Positions 36,549-47,815 of a stretch of 64,000 nt of DNA are shown piece by piece (positions within the stretch are counted from its first letter, which is position 1; every line of letters starts with the position of its first letter). A program made the position numbers and the translations under genes. The notes beneath the pieces are model-generated. The model was not told the origin of the DNA and made no database searches. It saw nothing but the letters and a program-made list of their open reading frames with translations. This DNA is from Eledone cirrhosa (Eukaryota): positions 406,100,001 to 406,164,000 of the forward strand of contig OZ024740.1 in the NCBI GenBank assembly GCA_964016885.1, in the 5' to 3' direction.

Positions 36549-39500
36549 CTTTAAGGGTGGTAGAGTTGGTGTTAATGGTGGTAGAGTTGGTGTTAATGGT
36601 GTTAGAGTTGGTCTTTAATGGTGGTAGAGTTGGTGTTAATGGTGGTAGAGTTGCTGTTAATGGTGGTAGAGTTGGTCTTTAAGGGTGGTAGAGTTGGTAT
36701 TAATGGTGGTAGAGTTGGTGTTAATGGTGGTAGAGTTGGTGCTAATGGTGTTAGAGTTGGTCTTTAATGGTGGTAGAGCTGGTGTTAATGGTGGTAGAGT
36801 TGCTGTTAATGGTGTTAGAGTTGGTGTTAATGGTCTTAGAGTTGGTCTTTAATGGTGGTAGAGTTGGTATTAATGGTGGTAGAGTTGGTGTTAATGGTGG
36901 TAGAGTTGGTGCTAATGGTGGTAGAGTTGGTCTTTAATGGTGGTAGAGTTGGTATTAATGGTGGTAGAGTTGGTGTTTATGGTGTTAGAGTTGGTGTTAA
37001 TGGTGTTAGAGTTGGTGTTAATGGTGGTAGAGTTGGTGTTAATGGTGGTAAAGTTGGTCTTTAATGGTGGTAGAGTTGGTATTAATGGTGGTAGAGTTGG
37101 TGTTAATGGTGGTAGAGTTGGTGCTAATGGTGTTAGAGTTGGTTTTTAATGGTGGTAGAGCTGGTGTTAATGGTGGTAGAGTTGCTGTTAATGGTGTTAG
37201 AGTTGGTGTTAATGGTGTTAGAGTTGGCGGAGTTGGTGTTAATGGTGGTAGAGTTGGTGTTAATGGTGGTAGAGTTGGTGTTAATGGTGGTAGTGTTGGT
37301 GTTAATGGTGGTAGAGTTGGTCTTTAAGGGTGGTAGAGTTGGTGTTAATGGTGGTAGAGTTGCTGTTAATGGTGGTAGAGTTGGTCTTTAAGGGTGGTAG
37401 AGTTGGTGTTAATGGTGGTAGAGTTGCTGTTAATGGTGTTAGAGTTGGTCTTTAATGGTGGCAGAGTTGCTGTTAATTGTGGTAGAGTTGGTGTTAATGG
37501 TGGTAAGTTGGTGTTAATGGTGTTAGAGTTGGTGTTAATGGTGGTAGTGTTGGTGTTAATGTTGGAAGAGTTGGTGTTAATGATGTTAGAGTTGGTGTTA
37601 ATGGTGGTAGAGTCGGTGTTAATGGTGTTAGAGTTGGTGTTAATGGTGTTAGAGTTGGTGTTAATGGTGTTAGAGTTGGTGTTAATGGTGGTGGAGTTGG
37701 TGTTAATGGTGGTAGAGTTGGTGTTAATGGTGGTAGAGTGGGTATTAATGGTGTTAGAGTTGGTGTTAATGGTGGTAGAGTTGGTGTTAATGGTGGTAGA
37801 GTTGGTGTTAATGGTGGTAGAGTTGGTGTTAATGGTGGTAGAGTTGCTCTTTAATGGTGGTAGAGTTGGTGTTAATGGTGGTAGAGTTGGTGTTAATGGT
37901 GGTAGAGTTGGTCTTTAAGGGTGGTAGAGTTGGTGTTAATGGTGGTAGAGTTGGTGTTAATGGTGGTAGAGTTGGTCTTTAAGGGTGGTAGAGTTGGTGT
38001 TAATGGTGGTAGAGTTGGTGTTAATGGTGTTAGAGTTGGTCTTTAATGGTGGTAGAGTTGGTCTTTAAGGGTGGTAGAGTTGGTGTTAATGGTGGTAGAG
38101 TTGCTGTTAATGGTGGTAGAGTTGGTCTTTAAGGGTGGCAGAGTTGGTGTTAATGGTGGTAGAGTTGCTGTTAATGGTGGTAGAGTTGGTCTTTAAGGGT
38201 GGTAGAGTTGGTGTTAATGGTGGTAGAGTTGGTGTTAATGGTGGTAGAGTTGGTCTTTAAGGGTGGTAGAGTTGGTATTAATGGTGGTAGAGTTGGTGTT
38301 AATGGTGTTAGAGTTGGTGTTAATGGTGTTAGAGTTGGTGTTAATGGTCTTAGAGTTGGTGTTAATGGTGGTGGAGTTGGTGTTAATGGTGGTAGAGTTG
38401 GTGTTAATGGTGGTAGAGTTGGTGTTAATGGCGGTAGAGTTGGTGTTAATGGTGGTAGAGTTGGTCTTTAATGGTGGTAGAGTTGGTGTTTATGGTGTTA
38501 GAGTTGGTGCTAATGGTGTTAGAGTTGGTGTTAGAGTTTGTGTTAATGGTGTTAGAGTTGGTGTTAATGGTGGTAGAGTTGGTCTTTAAAGGTGGTAGAG
38601 TTGGTATTAATGGTGGTAGAGTTGGTGTTTATGGTGTTAGAGTTGGTGTTAATGGTGTTAGAGTTGGTGTTAGAGTTTGTGTTAATGGTGGTAGAGTTGG
38701 TGTTAGGGTTGGTGTTAATGGTGGTAGAGTTGGTGTTAATGGTGTTAGAGTTGGTGTTAGAGTTTGTGTTAATGGTGTTAGAGTTGGTGTTAATGGTGGT
38801 AGAGTTGGTCTTTAATGGTGGTAGAGTTGGTATTAATGGTGGTAGAGTTGGTGTTAATGGTGGTAGAGTTGGTGCTAATGGTGTTAGAGTTGGTCTTTAA
38901 TGGTGGTAGAGCTGGTGTTAATGGTGGTAGAGTTGGTGTTAATGGTGGTAGAGTTGGTGTTAATGGTGTTAGAGTTGGTGTTAATGTTGGTAGAGTTGGT
39001 GTTAATGGTGGTAGAGTTGGTGTTAATGGTGGTAGAGTTGGTGTTAATGGTGGAAGAGTTGGTGTTAATGCTGGTAGAGTTGGTGTTAATATTGGTAGAG
39101 TTGGTGTTAATGGTGGTAGAGTTGGTGTTAATGGTGGTAGAGTTGGTTTTAATGGTGTTAAAGTTGGTCTTTAATGGTGGTAGAGTTGGTGTTAATGGTG
39201 TTAGAGTTGGTGTTAATGGTGGTAGAGTTGGTGTTAATGGTGGTAGAGTTGGTTTTAATGGTGTTAGAGTTGGTCTTTATTGGTGGTAGAGTTGGTGTTA
39301 ATGATGTTAGAGTTGGTGTTAATGGTGGTAGAGTTGGTGTTAATGGTGGTAGTGTTGGTGTTAATGGTGGTAGAGTTGGTGTTAATGGTGGTACTGTTGG
39401 TGTTAATGGTGGTAGAGTTGGTCTTTAAGGGTGGTAGAGCTGGTGTTAATGGTGGTAGAGTTGGCGGAGTTGGTGTTAATGGTGGTAGAGTTGGTGTTAA

Positions 39501-42500
39501 TGGTGGTAGAGTTGGTGTTAATGGTGTTAGAGTTGGTCTTTAATGGTGGTAGAGTTGGTCTTTAAGGGTGTTAGAGTTGGTGTTAATGGTGGTAGAGTTG
39601 CTGTTAATGGTGGTAGAGTTGGTCTTTAAGGGTGGCAGAGTTGGTGTTAATGGTGGTAGAGTTGCTGTTAATGGTGGTAGAGTTGGTCTTTAAGGGTGGT
39701 AGAGTTGGTGTTAATGGTGGTAGAGTTGGTGTTAATGGTGGTAGAGTTGGTCTTTAAGGGTGGTAGAGTTGGTATTAATGGTGGTAGAGTTGGTGTTAAT
39801 GGTGTTAGAGTTGGTGTTAATGGTGTTAGAGTTGGTGTTAATGGTGTTAGAGTTGGTGTTAATGGTGGTGGAGTTGGTGTTAATGGTGGTAGAGTTGGTG
39901 TTAATGGCGGTAGAGTTGGTGTTAATGGCGGTAGAGTTGGTGTTAATGGTGGTAGAGTTGGTCTTTAATGGTGGTAGAGTTGGTGTTTATGGTGTTAGAG
40001 TTGGTGTTAATGGTGTTAGAGTTGGTGTTAATGGTGGTAGAGTTGGTCTTTAATGGTGGTAGAGTTGATATTAATGGTGGTAGAGTTGGTGTTAATGGTG
40101 TTAGAGTTGGTGTTAATGGTGTTAGAGTTGGTGTTAATGGTCTTAGAGTTGGTGTTAATGGTGGTAGAGTTGGTGTTAATGGTGGTAGAGTTGGTGTTAA
40201 TGGCGGTAGAGTTGGTGTTAATGGTGGTAGAGTTGGTCTTTAATGGTGGTAGAGTTGGTGTTTATGGTGTTAGAGTTGGTGCTAATGGTGTTAGAGTTGG
40301 TGTTAGAGTTTGTGTTAATGGTGTTAGAGTTGGTGTTAATGGTGGTAGAGTTGGTGTTTATGGTGTTAGAGTTGGTGTTAATGGTGTTAGAGTTGGTGTT
40401 AGAGTTTGTGTTAATGGTGGTAGAGTTGGTGTTAGGGTTGGTGTTAATGGTGGTAGAGTTGGTGTTAATGGTGTTAGAGTTGGTGTTAGAGTTTGTGTTA
40501 ATGGTGTTAGAGTTGGTGTTAATGGTGGTAGAGTTGGTGCTAATGGTGTTAGAGTTGGTCTTTAATGGTGGTAGAGCTGGTGTTAATGGTGGTAGAGTTG
40601 GTGTTAATGGTGGTAGAGTTGGTGTTAATGGTGGTAGAGTTGGTGTTAATGGTGTTAGAGTTGGTGTTAATGGTGTTAGAGTTGGTGTTAATGGTCTTAG
40701 AGTTGGTGTTAATGGTGGTGGAGTTGGTGTTAATGGTGGTAGAGTTGGTGTTAATGGTGGTAGAGTTGGTGTTAATGGCGGTAGAGTTGGTGTTAATGGT
40801 GGTAGAGTTGGTCTTTAATGGTGGTAGAGTTGGTGTTTATGGTGTTAGAGTTGGTGCTAATGGTGTTAGAGTTGGTGTTAGAGTTTGTGTTAATGGTGTT
40901 AGAGTTGGTGTTAATGGTGGTAGAGTTGGTCTTTAATGGTGGTAGAGTTGGTATTAATGGTGGTAGAGTTGGTGTTAATGGTGGTAGAGTTGGTGCTAAT
41001 GGTGTTAGAGTTGGTCTTTAATGGTGGTAGAGCTGGTGTTAATGGTGGTAGAGTTGGTGTTAATGGTGGTAGAGTTGGTGTTAATGGTGTTAGAGTTGGT
41101 GTTAATGGTGGTAGAGTTGGTGTTAATGGTGGTAGAGTTGGTGTTAATGGTGGTAGAGTTGGTGTTAATGGTGGAAGAGTTGGTGTTAATTGTGTTAGAG
41201 TTGGTGTTAATGGTGTTAGAGTTGGTGTTAATGCTGGTAGAGTTGGTGTTAATATTGGTAGAGTTGGTGTTAATGGTGGTAGAGTTGGTGTTAATGGTGG
41301 TAGAGTTGGTTTTAATGGTGTTAAAGTTGGTCTTTAATGGTGGTAGAGTTGGTGTTAATGGTGTTAGAGTTGGTGTTAATGGTGGTAGAGTTGGTGTTAA
41401 TGGTGGTAGAGTTGGTTTTAATGGTGTTAGAGTTGGTCTTTATTGGTGGTAGAGTTGGTGTTAATGATGTTAGAGTTGGTGTTAATGGTGGTAGAGTTGG
41501 TGTTAATGGTGGTAGTGTTGGTGTTAATGGTGGTAGAGTTGGTGTTAATGGTGGTACTGTTGGTGTTAATGGTGGTAGAGTTGGTCTTTAAGGGTGGTAG
41601 AGCTGGTGTTAATGGTGGTAGAGTTGCTGTTAATGGTGTTAGAGTTGGTGTTAGAGTTGGCGGAGTTGGTGTTAATGGTGGTAGAGTTGGTGTTAATGGT
41701 GGTAGAGTTGGTGTTAATGGTGTTAGAGTTGGTCTTTAATGGTGGTAGAGTTGGTCTTTAAGGGTGTTAGAGTTGGTGTTAATGGTGGTAGAGTTGCTGT
41801 TAATGGTGGTAGAGTTGGTCTTTAAGGGTGGTAGAGTTGGTGTTAATGGTGGTAGAGTTGGTGTTAATGGTGGTAGAGTTGGTCTTTAAGGGTGGTAGAG
41901 TTGGTATTAATGGTGGTAGAGTTGGTGTTAATGGTGTTAGAGTTGGTGTTAATGGTGTTAGAGTTGGTGTTAATGGTCTTAGAGTTGGTGTTAATGGTGG
42001 TGGAGTTGGTGTTAATGGTGGTAGAGTTGGTGTTAATGGCGGTAGAGTTGGTGTTAATGGTGGTAGAGTTGGTCTTTAATGGTGGTAGAGTTGGTGTTTA
42101 TGGTGTTAGAGTTGGTGTTAATGGTGTTAGAGTTGGTGTTAATGGTGGTAGAGTTGGTCTTTAATGGTGGTAGAGTTGGTGTTAATGGTGGTAGAGTTGG
42201 TGTTAGAGTTTGTGTTAATGGTGGTAGAGTTGGTGTTAGAGTTGGTGTTAATGGTGGTAGAGTTGGTGTTAATGGTGTTAGAGTTTGTGTTAATGGTGTT
42301 AGAGTTGGTGTTAATGGTGGTAGAGCTGATATTAATGGTGGTAGAGTTGGTGTTAATGGTGGTAGAGTTGGTGCTAATGGTGTTAGAGTTGGTCTTTAAT
42401 GGTGGTAGAGCTGGTGTTAATGGTGGTAGAGTTGGTGTTAATGGTGGTAGAGTTGGTGTTAATGGTGTTAATGGTGGTAGAGTTGGTGTTAATGGTGGTA

Positions 42501-45500
42501 GAGTTGGTGTTAATGGTGGTAGAGTTGGTGTTAATGGTGGAAGAGTTGGTGTTAATTGTGTTAGAGTTGGTGTTAATGGTGTTAGAGTTGGTGTTAATGC
42601 TGGTAGAGTTGGTGTTAATATTGGTAGAGTTGGTGTTAATGGTGATAGAGTTGGTGTTAATGGTGGTAGAGTTGGTTTTAATGGTGTTAAAGTTGGTCTT
42701 TAATGGTGGTAGAGTTGGTGTTAATGGTGTTAGAGTTGGTGTTAATGGTGGTAGAGTTGGTTTTAATGGTGTTAGAGTTGGTCTTTATTGGTGGTAGAGT
42801 TGGTGTTAATGATGTTAGAGTTGGTGTTAATGGTGGTAGAGTTGGTGTTAATGGTGGTAGTGTTGGTGTTAATGGTGGTAGAGTTGGTGTTAATGGTGGT
42901 AGTGTTGGTGTTAATGGTGGTAGAGTTGGTCTTTAAGGGTGGTAGAGCCGGTGTTAATGGTGGTAGAGTTGCTGTTAATGGTGTTAGAGTTGGTGTTAAT
43001 GGTGTTAGAGTTGGCGGAGTTGGTGTTAATGGTGGTAGAGTTGGTGTTAATGGTGGTAGAGTTGGTGTTAATGGTGGTAGTGTTGGTGTTAATGGTGGTA
43101 GAGTTGGTCTTTAAGGGTGGTAGAGTTGGTGTTAATGGTGGTAGAGTTGCTGTTAATGGTGGTAGAGTTGGTCTTTAAGGGTGGTAGAGTTGGTGTTAAT
43201 GGTGGTAGAGTTGCTGTTAATGGTGTTAGAGTTGGTCTTTAATGGTGGCAGAGTTGCTGTTAATTGTGGTAGAGTTGGTGTTAATGGTGGTAGAGTTGGT
43301 GTTAATGGTGTTAGAGTTGGTGTTAATGGTGGTAGTGTTGGTGTTAATGTTGGAAGAGTTGGTGTTAATGATGTTAGAGTTGGTGTTAATGGTGGTAGAG
43401 TTGGTGTTAATGGTGGTAGAGTTGGAGTTAATGGTGTTAGAGTCGGTGTTAATGGTGTTAGAGTTGGTGTTAATGGTGTTAGAGTTGGTGTTAATGGTGT
43501 TAGATTTGGTGTTAATGGTGGTGGAGTTGGTGTTAATGGTGGTAGAGTTGGTGTTAATGGTGGTAGAGTGGGTATTAATGGTGTTAGAGTTGGTGTTAAT
43601 GGTGGTAGAGTTGGTGTTAATGGTGGTAGAGTTGGTGTTAATGGTGGTAGAGTTGGTGTTAATGGTGGTAGAGTTGCTCTTTAATGGTGGTAGAGTTGGT
43701 GTTAATGGTGGTAGTGTTGGTGTTAATGGTGGTAGAGTTGGTCTTTAAGGGTGGTAGAGTTGGTGTTAATGGTGGTAGAGTTGCTGTTAATGGTGGTAGA
43801 GTTGGTCTTTAAGGGTGGTAGAGTTGGTGTTAATGGTGGTAGAGTTGGTCTTTAAGGGTGGTAGAGTTGGTGTTAATGGTGGTAGAGTTGCTGTCAATGG
43901 TGGTAGAGTTGGTCTTTAAGGGTGGCAGAGTTGGTGTTAATGGTGGTAGAGTTGGTGTTAATGGTGGTAGAGTTGGTCTTTAAGGGTGGTAGAGTTGGTG
44001 TTAATGGTGGTAGAGTTGGTGTTAATGGTGGTAGAGTTGGTCTTTAAGGGTGGTAGAGTTGGTATTAATGGTGGTAGAGTTGGTGTTAATGGTGTTAGAG
44101 TTGGTGTTAATGGTGGTAGAGTTGGTCTTTAATGGTGGTAGAGTTGGTGTTAATGGTGGTAGAGTTGGTGTTAATGGTGGTAGAGTTGGTGTTAATGGTG
44201 GTAGAGTTGGTGTTAATGGTGGTAGAGTTGGTGTTAATGGTGGTAGAGTCGGTCTTTAATGGTGTTAGAGTTGGTCTTTAATGGTGTTAGAGTTGGTGTT
44301 AATGGTGGTAGTGTTGGTGTTAATGGTGGTAGAGTTGGTGTTAATGGTGATAGAGTTGGTGTTAATGGTGTTAGAGTTGGTCTTTAATGGTGGTGGAGTT
44401 GGTGTTAATGGTGTTAATGGTGGTATAGTTGGTGTAATGCTGGTAGAGTTGGTCTTTAATGGTGTTAGAGTTGGTGTTAATGGTGGTAGAGTTGGTGTTA
44501 ATGGTGTTAGTGTTGGACTTTAATGGTAGTAGAGTTGGTGTTAATGGTGGTAGAGTCGGTGTTAATGGTGATAGTGTTGGTGTTAATGGTGGTAGAGTTG
44601 GTGTTAATGGTAGTAGAGTTGGTGTTAATGGTGGTAGAGTTGGTGTTAAAGTTGGTGTTAGAGTTGGTGTTAATGGTTGTAGAGTTGGTGTTAATGGAGG
44701 TAGAGTTGGTGTTAATGGTGTTAGAGTTGGTGTTAATGGTGGTAGAGTTGGTGTTAATGGTGGTATAGTTGGTGTTAATGCTGGTAGAGTTGGTCTTTAA
44801 TGGTGGTAGAGTCGGTGTTAATGGTGGTAGAGTTGGTGTTAATGGTGGTAGAGTTGGTGTTAATGGCGGTAGAGTTGGTGTTAATGGTGGTAGAGTTGGT
44901 GTTAATGGTGTTAGAGTTGGTGTCAATGGTGGTAGAGTTGGTGTTAATGGTGTTAGAGTTTGTGTTAATGGTGTTAGAGTTTGTGTTAATGGTGTTAGAG
45001 TTGGTGTTAATGGTGGTAGAGTTGGTATTTAATGGTGGTAGAGTTGGCATTAATGGTGGTAGAGTTGGTGTTAATGGTGGTAGAGTTGGTGCTAATGGTG
45101 TTAGAGTTGGTCTTTAATGGTGGTAGAGCTGGTGTTAATGGTGGTAGAGTTGGTGTTAATGGTGGTAGAGTTGGTGTTAGAGTTGGTCTTTAATGGTGGT
45201 AGAGTTGGTGTTAATGGTGGTAGAGTTGCTGTTAATGGTGGTAGAGTTGGTCTTTAATGGTGGTAGAGTTGGTGTTAATGGTGGTAGAGTTGGTGTTAAT
45301 GGTGGTAGAGTTGGTGTTAATGGTGGTAGAGTTGGTGTTAATGGTGGTAGAGTTGGTGTTAATGGTGGTAGAGTCGGTCTTTAATGGTGTTAGAGTTGGT
45401 CTTTAATGGTGTTAGAGTTGGTGTTAATGGTGGTAGTGTTGGTGTTAATGGTGGTAGAGTTGGTGTTAATGGTGATAGAGTTGGTGTTAATGGTGTTAGA

Positions 45501-47617
45501 GTTGGTCTTTAATGGTGGTGGAGTTGGTGTTAATGGTGTTAATGGTGGTATAGTTGGTGTAATGCTGGTAGAGTTGGTCTTTAATGGTGTTAGAGTTGGT
45601 GTTAATGGTGGTAGAGTTGGTGTTAATGGTGTTAGTGTTGGGCTTTAATGGTAGTAGAGTTGGTGTTAATGGTGGTAGAGTCGGTGTTAATGGTGATAGT
45701 GTTGGTGTTAATGGTGGTAGAGTTGGTGTTAATGGTAGTAGAGTTGGTGTTAATGGTGGTAGAGTTGGTGTTAAAGTTGGTGTTAGAGTTGGTGTTAATG
45801 GTTGTAGAGTTGGTGTTAATGGAGGTAGAGTTGGTGTTAATGGTGTTAGAGTTGGTGTTAATGGTGGTAGAGTTGGTGTTAATGGTGGTATAGTTGGTGT
45901 TAATGCTGGTAGAGTTGGTCTTTAATGGTGGTAGAGTCGGTGTTAATGGTGGTAGAGTTGGTGTTAATGGTGGTAGAGTTGGTGTTAATGGTGGTAGAGT
46001 TGGTGTTAATGCTGGTAGAGTTGGTCTTTAATGGTGGTAGAGTCGGTGTTAATGGTGGTAGAGTTGGTGTTAATGGTGGTAGAGTTGGTGTTAATGGTGG
46101 TAGAGTTGGTGTTAATGGCGGTAGAGTTGGTGTTAATGGTGGTAGAGTTGGTCTTTAATGGTGGTAGAGTTGGTGTTTATGGTGTTAGAGTTGGTGTTAA
46201 TGGTGGTAGAGTTGGTGTTAATGGTGGTAGAGTTGGTGTTAATGGTGGTAGAGTTGGTCTTTAATGGTGGTAGAGTTGGTGTTAATGGTGGTAGAGTTGG
46301 TGTTAGAGTTTGTGTTAATGGTGGTAGAGTTGGTGTTAATGGTGTTAGAGTTGGTGTCAATGGTGGTAGAGTTGGTGTTAGAGTTTGTGTTAATGGTGTT
46401 AGAGTTGGTGTTAATGGTGGTAGAGTTGGTCTTTAATGGTGGTAGAGTTGGTATTAATGGTGGTAGAGTTGGTGTTAATGGTGGTAGAGTTGGTCTTTAA
46501 TGGTGGTAGAGCTGGTGTTAATGGTGGTAGAGTTGGTGTTAATGGTGGTAGAGTTGGTGTTAATGGTGGTAGAGTTGGTCTTTAATGGTGGTAGAGTTGG
46601 TGTTAATGGTGGTAGAGTTGGTGTTAATGGTAGTAGAGTTGGTGTTAATGGTGGTAGAGTTGGTGTTAATGGTGGTAGAGTTGGTCTTTAATGGTGTTAG
46701 AGTTGGTGTTAATGGTGGTAGTGTTGGTGTTAATGGTGGTAGTGTTGGTGTTAATGCTGGAAGAGTTGGTGTTAATGGTGGTAGAGTTGGTGTTAATGGT
46801 AGTAGAGTTGGTATTAATGGTGGTAGAGTTGGTGTTAAAATTGGTGTTAGAGTTGGTGTTAATGGTGGTAGAGTTGGTGTTAATGGTGTTAGAGTTGGTG
46901 TTAATGGTGGTAGAGTTGGTGTTAATGGTGGTAGAGTTGGTGTTAATGGTGGTAGAGTTGGTGTTAATGGTGGTAGAGTTGGTGTTAATGGTGGTAGAGT
47001 TGGTGTTAATGGTGGTATAGTTGTTGTTAATGGTGGTAGAGTTGGTGTTAATGGTGGTAGAGTTGGTGTTAATGGTGGTAGAGTTGGTGTTAATGGTTGT
47101 ATAGTTGGTGTTAATGGTGGTAGAGTTGGTGTTAATGGTGGTATAGTTGGTGTTAATGGTGGTAGAGTTGGTGTTAATGGTGTTAGAGTTGGTGTTAATG
47201 GTGGTAGAGTTGGTGTTAATGGTGGTATAGTTGGTGTTAATGGTGGTAGAGTTGGTGTTAATGGTGGTAGAGTTGGTGTTAATGGTGGTAGAGTTGGTGT
47301 TAATGGTTGTATAGTTGGTGTTAATGGTGGTAGAGTTGGTGTTAATGGTGGTATAGTTGGTGTTAATGGTGGTAGAGTTGGTCTTTAATGGTGGTAGAGT
47401 CGGTGTTAATGGTGGTAGAGTTGGTGTTAATGGTGGTAGAGTTGGTGTTAATGGTTGTATAGTTGGTGTTAATGCTGGTAGAGTTGGTCTTTAATGGTGG
47501 TAGAGTTGGTGTTAATGGTGGTAGAGTTGGTGTTAATGGTGGTAGAGTTGGTCTTTAATGGTGGTAGAGTTGGTGTTAATGGTGTTAGAGTTGGTGTTAA
47601 TGGTGTTAGAGTTGGTG

Positions 47618-47815
47618 TTAATGGTGGTAGAGTTGGTCTTTAATGGTGGTAGAGTTGGTGTTAATGGTGGTAGAGTTGCTGTTAATGGTGTTAGAGTTGG
47701 TCTTTAATGGTGGTAGAGTTGGTGTTAATGGTGGTAGAGTTGGTCTTAATGGTGTTGGTAGTGAGGAAGTAGTAAAACATAGTAGGGATGTGAAGAAAAG
47801 GAGAAGCAGGTACAT
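47618..47815 (-). other. 65-codon ORF with a hydrophobic, signal-peptide-like N-terminus reading from unique DNA into the satellite; coding status doubtful
   Basis: MYLLLLFFTSLLCFTTSSLPT is followed by the satellite frames LTPTLPP and INTNSTT, then stops after two 22-bp monomers. Confidence 0.15.

Larger units (their letters stand above)
1..47758. repeat. Large tandem satellite, 21-bp monomer GGTGGTAGAGTTGGTGTTAAT, with a recurrent 22-bp variant ending GGTCTTTAAT/GGTCTTTAAG; truncated by the window start
   Basis: Seen directly. Head-to-tail monomers run throughout, the + strand is G/T-rich and almost C-free, and I saw no foreign insertion or inversion. The array ends abruptly at ...GGTCTTAATGGTGTTGG|TAGTGAGGAAG. 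Confidence 0.99.

Noticed and set aside
2-47388. Hundreds of + strand ORFs (MVVELVL.../NGGRVGV...) as membrane or Gly-rich protein genes
   Set aside because: They arise because the 21-bp monomer is a multiple of 3, contains ATG and is stop-free in two frames. Each ORF switches frame at a 22-mer and stops at the next, they overlap one another, and they contain no unique domain.
1-47617. One giant intact mucin exon on the minus strand
   Set aside because: A 22-bp monomer every few units shifts the frame into the TAA-containing frame. These variants recur at homologous positions in duplicated blocks, so they are not random sequencing errors.
1-47758. CRISPR array, with GGTCTTTAA units as repeats and the intervening DNA as spacers
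   Set aside because: The intervening sequence is the same monomer rather than unique spacers. There are no cas genes and the context is eukaryotic.
1-47758. Telomeric repeat tract
   Set aside because: There are no TTAGGG arrays, only scattered TTAAGGG variants. The G-rich strand runs 5'->3' toward the unique DNA, opposite to a telomere at the left end. Multi-kb higher-order duplications indicate recombination rather than telomerase synthesis.
1-47758. Stable G-quadruplex array
   Set aside because: G tracts are almost all GG. Only weak two-tier structures are possible, and the sequence alone cannot support more.
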